From: Ascidiella aspersa
Lineage: Eukaryota
Assembly (NCBI GenBank): GCA_963924565.1
Contig: OZ004608.1
Location: 9,114,001 to 9,178,000 of the forward strand
DNA: 64,000 nucleotides
Direction: 5' to 3'
Both the position numbers and the translations under genes were made by a program. A model generated the notes under the pieces. It saw only the letters and a program-made list of their open reading frames with translations, did not search any database and was not told where the DNA came from. Positions within the stretch are counted from its first letter, which is position 1, and every line of letters begins with the position of its first letter. Below, in pieces: positions 1 to 12,800 of the stretch.

Positions 1-897
1 CAGGGTAGCATGTCCATTGACATGAAGCATGTTAAAACCTGGCATCACAATATTTTGGTTGGTAGCAAGTCAAATAACTCTGTTCAGACAACAATGAGGG
101 ATAAGGAACAGCAAAAAATAAAGGGTTTAAGTTACTATATATTTTGTCAGGAAACCCAAATACGAAAATATCTGATGGTTGAAATTTGTGAGTTTAGCTT
201 TGTTACACAGATCCTGCTTTATAGATATTTAGTGACTTTCTCTCCAGTTTAGATAAGTTAAAGTTAAACAGCAGTTGTGTTGAATTATGTTACAATACAG
301 CAGCAGCAGAATATGTTGATGAGGACAGTGAAAAGACAACAAGATTATCCATTTCTGACAAGAAGCAGAAAAACATTTCAGATCAGGAAAAAATGATTTA
401 CTGTAAGGTGAGAGGTCAAGTTTTAAACATACCTGCTATCAAACTGTACATTTAATATGTATCAAAAAAAATTACCTTTGAACATTTTATCAAGTCTTCA
501 TTAGTATTAGAGTTGGACTGAGACTTTGATAGGAGTGAGAATGCAATTATGCACAGGCAAATATGATAAAAAAAACTTTAGGACATATTTTTCCGTTTTA
601 ACAAGCTCAATTTTCTTTCTTTTATGAAAGGTGAATCAGGAGAGTTCAACAGTTTTATGAAACATTATTTGTAACAAAAAACAGAGAATTGATTAACTTT
701 TAATAGCCAATTAGTTTTACTGAACTGGGTCTACTGGTCACTTTTACAGTTTGTTGAAAGTTGTTCTCATTTAATTATTTTATTGTTTTACCACTCACTT
801 ATAAAACAATATTATGTCGAGTTAGAACCCGACAGCCGACAACCAGTTTGACATCATTTTTTGCAACAAACATCAAAAACTGTTGTTTTATTTGCAG

Positions 898-3800
898 CCG
901 GGGTCAGCTGCATCACCCTCACCCCACCATAACCCCAACAACCCCATGATGAGACAGCAGGTAAATCTTAAAAAGGTTTTTATCTAATGTGCAAGGAAGC
1001 GTGAAATGGTAGACCTGCACTATGAAGGGTGTATAGTGCCAACTAGCGGTCAACCAATTTGATATGTTCATTTCAGTGGTGGCGCTGTCGAGCTGTACCA
1101 CACAAAATGCGCACGACCTGCTTGACAGTTTTAGCCTTTTTAGTAATCCAGCGTTTGAATTTAACAAAACTTAAAACGTGTATGTTCATTGTTTGGGGTA
1201 AGGAAGGTCAGTTGTAAGCAGGGCTGGGGAGCCGGAGCTGGAGCCCGGAGCCCGGAGCTAAGCATTTTCTCTGGAGCCGGAGCCCTTTTTATTATTTTTG
1301 TGGAGCTGGAGCCATTTTTCAATTTGTGGTGCTAAAGCTAAGAAATTATATTTTGTTTCATCTCCAACGTTAGTAGCCAAAAGCAATTTTTAAAACTTGC
1401 CATTGGATAAGTGACTGGTGGCACCGGAGCTTGAGCCGGAGTCATTGGGTGTGTATTTGATGGCTCCGGAGCTGGAGCCGGAGCCAAAGTATATGAGTTT
1501 TACTACTCCGGAGCTGTAGCCGGAGCCAAAGGATTGAGTTTTACGACTCCGGAGCTGGAGCCGGAGCCATTTAATAATCGCCTGATGGCTCCGGAGCTGG
1601 AGCCGGAGCTGGAGCCGGAGCTAATGCTATTTTACGGTGGCTCCCCAGCCCTGGTTGTAAGATTTGGTTAAAGTAAAAAAAAAACACTTTCGCCGAACAA
1701 AAATTACATAGGCGTAATATATTTGCATTTTTAATAATGTTGTTGTTTTTTTAGTCTTACATGTCACCGAGATACCCGCCTGGTGGCCCACGACCAGGAA
1801 TGCAAGTAAGTCAACTGAGTGTGCTAGGATTATAACATGAACAGCTCTCAAAAAGCAAAATAATACAGTAGTTTACTATACCAAGGTCTTTTAGCATTGC
1901 ACTGGCCCAAAAAACAGTTGACATAAATGCATTACACGCATTCGGTTAGCCCTTTTAATGGCTTTCAATTGTGTAACAGTTTCTTATTTACCATGGTAAA
2001 CGTAAACTATATATTTAGAATTTCAGGGTTGCCCCACAATAGCTTGGTTTATTTATTGTTTTTCGCATTGCTTATGACTTGCTATTTAGATGGCACCTGT
2101 TTAGGTTTGCTGTTTTAATAACAAATTACTTTTTAGGGTCCAGGTCCACAACCCTTGTTGCCAGGAATGGAGCGTCAAGGTAATTTGGTTTAAAAGCAGT
2201 CTGCTAGTGATGTGCTTTATTTTTGTACATCAGTAGTTAAAACAACATATTTTTACCGCAATAACTTTTTTTTCAGTATAGTGGTTAATAAAGTGCTATC
2301 AAATTTCCGTCCAATTGTTAGCTATCAACTTTTCAGTATGAGAAGCTTTACAATCAACAGTGGTGTAACACGAAAAATCAATTGAAAAAACATGAACTAT
2401 TCAATTAGGTGAGATTATGTCGTAACGTTTTAGGTCTTAATAAATCGCTGGCAGGATTTTTCTCATTAAATCCGCAGGATTGACCTAACAAATATTTGCT
2501 TAATAGCAGCTGAATGGTTATTCAACGAGGGCAATTTTTGTAGGAAGACTGCCTTTAAGGGCAAGGCCAATCAACATGGCATACAAGACCATGTTTGTTC
2601 GTTAAATGTTCTCTTGTGTACACGGTTCGCTTGTTCCCCTAATTGACAAAGAGTTTTATTCTTAAGAGTTTTCCGTGGTGTAAAACTAGACAGAAAAGTT
2701 TTCACAAGGGAGTTTATTAATTTCCTTTCTTTCGGATACAAAGAAGCAAGATAGCCGACCACAGTATTTTTTCATTAATCTTGCTTGGCTTTGCCGAATT
2801 ATCCGCTCTGCATTATAAGGGCTGTCATATTATAGCCCTATAAGCGGGTCGGCAGTTACAAAAAAAAATAGAAAGAAAGATGAGATTTGTCACTTTTTAA
2901 AGTGTTAATCTGAAAATTTAAGAGGTTTCCAAAAAAGGTTGTGATAAATCGATTTTTTTTTTTCTTTCTCAAAACAAAATAACCTTTAAAAATATTGTAC
3001 CAAGTTTCTCAAAACAAAATTACCTTGAAAGAAATCGTAGCAAGTTTTTCAAAACAAATCACCTTTTAAAAAATCGTACAAAGTTTCCCCAAACAAATTT
3101 CTCAACATAAATTCATCTTTCAAAAAAATCGTACCAAGTTTCTCAAAATAAAATTACCTTTTACCACACGCTTGCTGATGCTATTCCACTTTGAAGACAG
3201 TCGAAATACTCTGTGTCGTTTTGCTTGATCGATTCATGTCGCCCGACTTGATCGCCGAAGATGTAAAGCCTTCTATCTGTTCGCACAAATACAAAGTTGT
3301 GTTTGCTTAGCCCGTCCAATGGATCACTGACTGATTGATGACTCGCGATTGGATTGTTGGGACTTCATTAGTTTAGGCTTGAGATATGAGTGCAGAGCTT
3401 AGAGGCGTAAGTATGCGATTTGTAAAATTATGGGGAACTTATTGTTAAATATATCAAAGTCAGACAGTTTAACAGCCAGCATTGTAAGAATATTACCGTA
3501 CAACCGTGCTTTATCATCAGTCAAAGACGAAATGACAAAAAAGCAGAACATTATACTTCGTTTCTGTCAATTTTTTAGTTTTCAATTCTAATTTAACTTT
3601 GCCCGGATGAAGCACGGTTGCGCGAAAGCTTATTAAGATTTTAATACAATTGGTCGTTAAGAGTGTTGTATGATTTGCAGATTTTTTTTAAGTTGTGTCG
3701 CTTTTTTACTAGATTTACAGAACAAATGCAAAATGAAGTTTTGCAAAAAATACGTACTCAGGCCCACTAATATACCATCTACCGTTTAACATGACCGACA

Positions 3801-6800
3801 AACGTCGATTCGCTTTTAGGCTTGTAAACGCACAATAAGAGACAAGGAACGCCCGTCAATTAACTCGTTATTGATCTGTCCGATTATGAAACCAACCGCA
3901 AACGCAATCGTCCTCGGCCCGTTAATCTTCCCGTCTCAATAAGAGGCCGCCGTCGCATCTCATTTGCTTTCGCTTTTGATCGAGGCAAAAAAACGCCGGG
4001 CGGCGACGCTGGTGGCATTTCGCGGTCGACAATCGTTCCAGGCTAGGTGGTTTATTACCGGACCCCTTTTCGCCAATTCAACGGCTTTGTTTCCCGTTTT
4101 TAACCCTGTTTTTTAAGCCACCGGCGACGGTTATGTGCTGTAGCCCGTAGGTCAGTTTGTGCTGTGGTAAACGACTACTGCCTCTACAGTATTTTAACCT
4201 GTCTTTTGAGCCCTTTTCAATCTAGGCGACCTCTGTAACGGCAAAAAATTGTATTCCTTTGAAGCAGCAGCTGATTGATTAAACTTGTGCTAGAGCATAG
4301 GTGCCCAAACTGCGGCTCGCGAGCCGCATGCATCTCTTAAACCTGTTTGATGCGGCTCTTACGTTCAAGTTGTAAAGTATTTTTTAGGATCTCGGTGTCA
4401 ATTCCCGTGTGCTTAAACTCAAAAACTTTCTAATATGTCTTAGCCCGTGTTAAGCAAATCTTGCCACGATAAACACACCTATTATAACTACTAGACTGTA
4501 GAAGTTTTTGCTCTAAACTCGTTAACTTTCCAATATGTTTTAGCCCATGTTAAGGTAATTTTGCCAGCCGTCACTCAAAATAGCAGTCATTAGATCGACC
4601 GCGAAGACTTTGCAAATCAGTTAAAATTCGACAACGCCGTGTCATTAAAAAATGGGCTTTAAAATACGAAGCCGTCTTTTTTTTTACAAGGGCCACGCAT
4701 TTTCACTCGTCAAGCCACCAGGCTCAATTTAGCTCCAAAGTTTTTGGAGTGCCATGTGAAGGGGCCTCGACGACGGATCGGGTTCGAAAGGCCAAAAACG
4801 AGCGTAAATGATTTATACGCGCTCGCCAGCCACTGTCAGAGTGCCCGGAGCGTGGGAACATCGGGCGTTGAGCTGCTGCGCGTGATTCTTTGGGGACTTG
4901 GGACGAGTGCGCTTTTCCTTGCACTTTAACGGACCGTGAAGTCTTAACTTAAACCGGTCAACGGTGATAGGCGAAAAATTGTCGCGTGGAAATTTGAGAT
5001 GCGACTTCTGCTTTTTCCGTGTAATATACCATTACGCTTTCGTAGTATGCCAAGTTTAACCCCAAATACGGCGATTAAGCAAAATTGCACAGCTTATTGG
5101 TTCAGCTAAGCAGTCATGAAATCCGGTGTGGTTTTACTTAGATGAAAGCTACGTGTTTAAATTTAAAATTCGAAAAAAAATTCTTATTTCCGCGACACTT
5201 TACAACAAGATCCAAAGCGAACAAAACTTGGACGTAACTACCAACGACATTATTAGAAAAACAGCTTAAAATGTACCTTGACTAAACGTAAATGTTTTGT
5301 TGAAGGAGTCAATTTTCAGTCATATCAGTTTTTCAAGACGTGTCTTTCGAAGCTCAAAATGCGTAGTGCCCTGCCAACAAACCTCAAAACCGCTTGAATA
5401 GTTTAGTCAAAAAGTGTCCCATCCCAACCAGAGAAGCGGCAACAACTCGCCAGGTAGAAACTTTGACTACCAGCACCGCCACAAGGCGCCTCACGACATC
5501 CAGCCAAATTTGCGCCGTGTTTTCCTACGTCGCGACCCTTGTTTTTGCGAGCGGGGGGCGCTTGACAAAACAACGCCAAGGCTAAGAACTCTCGGCGCGG
5601 GAAACGAAGACGACCTTTCCCGCCGAAGTCTGACGACGCGCGCCTAATTGCAAAGCTGTGTTGCATCTGTCGGGCCTGCCTTGTCATAACTTGGGCAGCG
5701 GTGTGCGCGCGCAATTACCAACGCCGTGTCGCCTGTCGACTCTAATCGCCGAATCTCCGTGACGAATCAAACCCCAGACCCCACCCCTTGTACTGGAGAG
5801 CTTGCCTTAGTTGCATTTACTGCCGGTTGCTTTACGTTTGAAGTTCTCAGCAATTTCTCGCGATTCGATATTTTACATAACACACGCAACCATACAACAT
5901 ATAAGAAAACAATAGGGTATATTACTTTGTAATACGGAACCAACATATGAAATTTAAGTGTTTTACATTAATTTGCAAATTTGATTTTCTTTTGTAATAG
6001 TAATAAAGTAATAGAGTTGCCAATTTGTTGAAAAAAAGTTTGGGAATTTTACAGTTTAATTTCGAATATTAGTATTTTCATTTTTCTTTTAAATCCCCAG
6101 ATATATATTAATTTTTAAACGAATTTACCCAAACGTTGGTTTCGTTCAGCCTCCAAGCAATCCGTGCGTTCAACACTGAACCGCAATCTCGCGTTTTTTT
6201 CACGCTTAACCGTATTGACGCGCGGTTGCTTTTCAGTCTTCAGCTAACTCAAAAAACCTGTTGTAGAATAGAGCTTTTTTATCTAAATGTTCGATTCCAC
6301 GAAGGTTGTTCGCGCTTGAAAGGTGCGTATGCCACATGTTTGTTGGCAAACCTAGGAAACCCGAGCCCTTACTTCCACGTTCCTACACCTAAACCAAGTC
6401 TACAGCAGCAGTTGACTAGTATGGCCGATTTAAAAAGTCCTACCTTCGTCGAGATCGTACCGATTTTAAGGAGCTGTACAAGTGCAGTCTTGACCTTATT
6501 CATCCCTACTGACGTTGTTGCGTTTGGCCCTTGTCCCATGGTGTTTCAAAGTGTACCGGGCGGGAAACGCACGGGGCACCAATAACACGACTCTTTTCAA
6601 CGGTAAACTTTACACCAGGGGTGTCCAACAAGCTGCACGCGTGCGAAATGTGGCACGCGACCTAATAAAAAATGGCACGCAAGCCCTCCCCAAAAAATAC
6701 TAAAATTGTTATTTAGCCAATTGCCAAAAAAGCTCAATTTGTTATTCAGGAAATTGTCAGAAAATACTAAGTTTGTTATACAGCCAATTGCCATTGTTTG

Positions 6801-9800
6801 TTCACAATATAAAACAATCGCGGCAATCACGACAACCAACAATTACTTTTGATATTATAACATTATACTGTAGTGGAGGCTAGCATTCACATAATATTAT
6901 ATAGCTTGGTGTGAAGAAGACACTTTGATGTAGTGATGCGCATTTCTACTAGACAGTTTTTTTTCAAATTTAAATAAACGTTCTTATTTTTGGTAAAAAG
7001 GCGCTTTTATGATTAAAAAGAATTGGTTCGGTTACGAAACTTTGGCACGGGAAGAAGTTATAAGATAAAAATTGGCACGCCGGCATGATTGAGTTGGACA
7101 CCCCTGCTTTACACTATCTTTGAACCATATCAGGCGCTGCCAAACCAGTAGATCAGGGCGAACAGCTTATCTTTAATGCAAACACCGACTATCTTTAGTT
7201 ATTTGTTGACATACGCTAAAAAACAAATTGACAACCCCGTGGCTGAAGACTCACAGTACAATGACATCCACACCAACAGTACAATGACATCCACCAAATG
7301 TTCTCGTTTGCGCTATAGGCTGCATAAGGAATATTTGGAAGTTGACAAACCTTTTGTAGCATCCATCACCTTCGGTCTTCCATCCATCCACCGTTGCTCT
7401 TCGTTGAAAATACTACAAAAAGGCAAAGAGTTGTGAATCGTGTTCCCAAAACAAATCTGCAGTCTACAGCCTATATTGACAAAAAAACGAAAGTAAAACT
7501 GGTCGTGCGCAATAAAAGCGGCGGCCTAAAAAAAATATCCCTTGCTCGCCGGGCAATACCGAGATATGGAGAACATAAAGCAATCCCAGGCTCGTCTTGT
7601 TCCCGCCGTAAAGCCCACGGTTACAATAGCCCGATGAATGATCGCCGTTGCGGCCGCGTTGTGACCCTGACAGCCTTATCTCCGCAGGCATTGACCGCGC
7701 GGGGCCTAAGACACCCCCCATTCTTTAGTCGAGTGCTTGCACTTGAGCTATATGACAGCCTCGCGCCGCACACACTTACACGTACGCACCAAAAAACGCG
7801 CCTTCGCAAGGAATCTGGACAGTCAATGAAGACCTGTTTGCTGCCTTTGTTTTGAGCCCGACGTTTGATTCATGTCAGTTTACAAGAAAAATTGCGTAAG
7901 AAATCGGCCTGGAAACAGTTGAGCGAAGAGTCCTATAGATAATCCTTTGCTTACACACACGTGCGCGTAAATACCCAGCTAGATTTTGAGGCTGCTTAGT
8001 AAGCCACCCATTGTTCATTTTTTGGCGGATCCCAACCATTCTTTATGCAGTGGAATCGACTTCACGCTTTCACATGAACCGGCAGGGTGCAAAAATTGCA
8101 CTCCAATAGAGTCATAAAAAGGAGCTGGCATTATATATAATAACCAGCCAGATTTTCTGATCAACCAGGCCAAGCATTTTCTCTACTAATGTTAAGACAT
8201 TTACTTGAGCTGCGGTTAAATCTGTTGACCACTTATCACCCGTTTAGGCTGGAAAAACTGTGAAAATATTTCACCCAACAAAGAGAGTCATATATTTCTA
8301 AAATCGGGCCGCGTTTGCCTTGCTTTTGTGTGAGTCAGATTTTAAGACCAACAAGACAGCATTTTCCCTCTTAACGTTGAAACTTTGAACTAAACTGCGG
8401 TTGAATCTGTTGGCCACTTACGCAGCACCCGTTTAGGCTAAAAAAAAAGCTTAAAAAATTACGCCCAACAAAGAGAGTCATATATTTCTAAAATCGGGCC
8501 GCGCTTGCCTCGTTTGCCTCGCTTGTGTATGTGTAGTGCGCGGTCTGGTAAGAAATGAGGACAGCCGAGGCCAAAAGCGATACTTAGGCACGTACGATCG
8601 GCCGATTAAATTACATTAAGCCACTCGTAACGACGCTGAATCACGCGCGTTGCATGTGCGCGCGCGCTCGTGCATGTGCGCTCGTGTGTGCGTGTGTGCC
8701 ACCGCTTCCCGGCCATTAAGCTAACCCAATATTGACCCTTGCAACGCGTTTAAACTTTACCGCCGCCATTGTGCGACAAGGGCGCTTTTACAAGTTGTTT
8801 GGCAAGCCCGTGCTCGTTACGTTGTGCTGGTCATGACGGCGGCTGTTGTTAAGCTCGCTTTACCCTGTGCCTTTATGAGAGTCGAGTTTTCGGGAATTTT
8901 TCTTCGTCGTTATTTGACGGGTGTGGCCTTTTGTTGCCAGGGGAAGGAAACGTAGTTGGTTTTTGTTGCGAATTCGCCAAAGATTAACAGAAGAAAGTCC
9001 GCGATTTGAACGGCGTTTGGCGCCATAACTATTTCCGCCATCATAAAACCTAACCCTTAACGATTTACATGTGACATTTATTGTTTTAAAGCTCTTTATC
9101 TGCCACTAATCAAAATAACAAGAAACGCATATCGACTGGATTGGCATCGAGTTATTTCAGTGCAAAACAACAGCCCTTGTATAAGGCCCGACCACAATGT
9201 ACTGAAATAACAAGAGGCAATGTTTATTCACTAAATATACCTTCGGGTGCACAGGCCTTTCGTCGCCGTGCAAAGCACACTTCGCCCTCCAAGTACTTTT
9301 GTAAAACGACCCAAAAGCGCCAACTAATAATAAAGACCCAAAACGTGAACGATGGACAATTTTTAAGTTTCGGGGGCAAGTCTAGACTTACAAACCTCTT
9401 CCTATTTCGTATCCAGAAAAGTTTGCAGAAAATAAACCAATGGTGAGGCAACATTATTGTATTAATAGGCTACAACTTTTTCGTTCCTTGAAATCGATTT
9501 GTAAGACTGCTCCGTTTCAAAATCGCAACTTTGTATTTAGATAAAAAAGAACGCTCACTACCAAAAGCTCCTTAAAGGTAAAACGCTTTTTCCCTTACGC
9601 CTATATACCCGAGCCTCCCATGCTCTTTCGAGTCGCATCCATCCGTCACTCCATCGCGATCCTGTCTTTGAGCGATCGGCCAATCTGCGTTAACCTGGGC
9701 TCGCCAAGCTTGCTTTGACGTGGATCGGCATCAACAGACAGCAGCGCGAATGGCTTCGTAAGCTTCGTCGGTGGCAAACGACAAGAGTGATTGGCCGGTC

Positions 9801-12800
9801 GATAGTCGCCTCTAGTCCGCTTAAACCGCGACTTCACATCTCCCAATGACGAACCTAATTTCAACCGACAGCGTATACCATTGCGGATTTGCAAAGAGGA
9901 AAGCCTCGGGACCTATTTTTAATTTAAGGACAAGATAGCTGCGGTTTCATTTTCGCTGCCGTTTCGCCTTGAGGTGTAGAGTCTGCCAGTGTGATCCGCT
10001 TCCAACCATAAACCTATAGGCGCAATTTGAACCCTCGAAGATCCAATAAAAGATTTTAAACTCGCGCTCTAAAGTCAGGCGTGTTTAGGCAGCACATCAC
10101 TCACGACGTCAACGTTTGATTCGAAAATGTTGCAACAGCTGTTGTGTACAAAGGGAAGCCGCGTTTTCAATTACCGACACGAAATCGAGTTAATTCAATT
10201 GCAACGCCACTTTAATGATTTCGTTCGCTTGTAAAACTTCGTTATAAACCGATCCCCAATTTCGACTTGCCTTAAAGATTAAAGGTAGAACTGTCCCAGA
10301 GGGGAACCAAAAGTTAATCGGGACCCACTGCATTCCAGTCCCATTCTGGCTAAGACATTGGCGGGCAATGTTTACCATAAAACCCGCCAGTGACGTAATC
10401 TGTCGTAGCTTCCCGCCATTATGGCGACATTGACAGCTGCTGGCGGACGTACCACAAAATTTGAGTTTTTTTCAGAAAAATTTGGCTAAAATCATGCACA
10501 AAAGGTATGGATTGCAGATGGGGTCCGCCAGTTTTTCGGAGTTTTTAGCCTTCTTACCTGCTCGCCAAGAACAACGGCTGCATGCTTGGGCGCTTCACAT
10601 GTATTCTATCCTCTTTGTTGGTTACACCAGCGGTTCACAGAAGCAGCAACAGCAGCAGCACCAGCGGTAGTCATTAGCCAGGGCGAGTTCATGCACGACT
10701 CATCCTCTACAAACAAACAATAATCCGATTAGAGCGCTGTGAAAGCCGCCTATAGCGCAACGCTAGTCGCTGTATTTTGCCGTGTTCCGCCTGTTTTTTC
10801 CGCGTCGAAAATACACAAGGCCGCCTCGCCGCTCAGCCGCTCATTAGCTACGCAAACACGCGCCGCTCGAAACTTTTCACTCTGCCAACGCGGAATTTCT
10901 GTTGTTTTCAGGCGAGAGCCCCAAAACTGTAAGTTTCTTTTCTACTGTGTATACGGGCAACATCTCGCTCAGCCATATTTCTTGCAATCTGCCGTTTTCG
11001 TTTGGTACAAAGATGGTTTGCCGCCTTTGAACCTTAGCTGCGAATTATTGTCAAAGGTTTACTGTATATCCCAGCATTTTCTTTTCAATTGAAAAATGTT
11101 ATGAAATTGGACAAATACAATTCAAACTTTTGTCCCACCCGAAATTTGAAAAGTTTTTACAATTTTGGGTCCCATAAGGGCATAAACCTCTCAGGTTCTT
11201 TTCCTTTTCCTAGATAGAGTTTTGTAAGCGTTTTTTCTTTTAAGTTCTTTAGCTTTGCCAAAGCCGCCTATTTTGACAAATTTTCAGCCGTTTTTGAATG
11301 TTAAACAAATCTCTATCTTTAGCATCACAAAAAAATCGCGTCAAGCCTTGCGAAAACAAACGATAGATACAGCTCATCGCAATCTCAGCCTCAAATCTCC
11401 GCAAACCTTTTGTAGCGGCCGCGTAATTAGTCACTGCGACGTGTCACAGCTGTCCGCCTGTCGCCCACCTGACACACGCCGCTTCTGGCAAACAAACAAA
11501 CAAACAATACCTGACTAATTTACGCAGAGCTTCAATGAGCTTAAACCGGCTAAACCGAAATAAACCAGACATTGGGAGCCGACTGCATTTAGGCGGTCAT
11601 AAGTTGGTTATACTGTTAAACCGTGCAGTGCGATGTTTGCCGCCGCTAAAATGGAGGCTTTTATTGTTGGCGATTCAAGAATTACCCTTAGGATTTCGGT
11701 TGGTTACAAAACTCTATTTCAAAATTGGTTACAAAAATTATTTCAAATTGGTCAATTTGTTGGTAAAGTACACTCAGAGCTGGTAAAATACTGGAGTCCG
11801 GCGCTTATCCGAGGTAGGTGGCCGCTTAAATGGATGCTTTTTTGTTGGCGATTCAACAATTACACATTCGGTCGGTTACAAAACTAAAAGTTGATTTAAA
11901 TTGGGCAAAATTTTAATGAAATACACCCAGTGGCGGTAAAATACTGTAGTCCGGCGTTTAATCGAGGTAGGTGGCCGCTTAACGTTATCTCATCCGCTAA
12001 GTGCCTGTCCAGCTGAACACACCGAAGCAAATCGGCCAAAGTGTGTCGACATCGACGCCCCCTTTGATGCTGACGCCAATTAGGCGACGCAGCGTGCATG
12101 CAAAAAGCGCCAGCGATTCACCCCTGGTCTCCCCAATTGGGCCTTCAGCCGTACCAGCTTCTTGTATATCGGCAAACGCCGCTAATGACCCTCGGGCCCG
12201 CTCGCAATACCAACAAGCGACGAAGATCGGCTCGAGTGTGTTTGCCTCCGCCGCTCGACCAATTATGCGACGGCGGCGAGTTGAAAGACCCCGGCACCGG
12301 CTATAAGCTAAACACGAGGCTGCCGAAAGCGAAAGTGCAGCGAAACCGGCGTCTTCTCGCGCACTTGAGAGGCGTCACAAGAGCCCGAAAACCGGAACAG
12401 CCCTAAAGAAACAATTCGGCCTTCTACGGTGTCTCACCTTATTCTGGTCGCCCAAAACGTCTTACAAAATTTTGGTTGCCCAAAACGTCTCACCATATTC
12501 TGGTTGCCCAAAAGACTAGTGCGATGTTTGTATATTCTCAGATAACGTTATCCGAGACTAAACGTTAATCGGAATTCATATCTGGTGCCGTCAAAGATTC
12601 CCGCTTAAAAAAAATCCTACGCCAAACTTATGCGATTTATTCTTAAAAAAGGAATTTTTCATTGCAACAAGGCGATATTTTACGCCAAATGACGTCACGA
12701 CTGTGGTTTTGGGCCACATTTCACGGCAAAGATATTTAGCGTGAAGACACTGGAATGCAATTGGGTATCGGATTAACCGACACGCCCTTACAAAACGGCC

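Noticed and set aside
1219-1653. GGAGCC/GGAGCT repeats as a CRISPR array or Gly-Ala coding repeat (also ORFs at 52000-52283)
   Set aside because: No constant repeat with unique spacers. Bounded by TIRs and 8-bp TSDs inside introns, so these are MITEs.
3165-3412. Cryptic exon or snoRNA ending at GGC|GTAAGT (3406/3407)
   Set aside because: No convincing acceptor, stop codons present, and no canonical C/D or H/ACA box arrangement.
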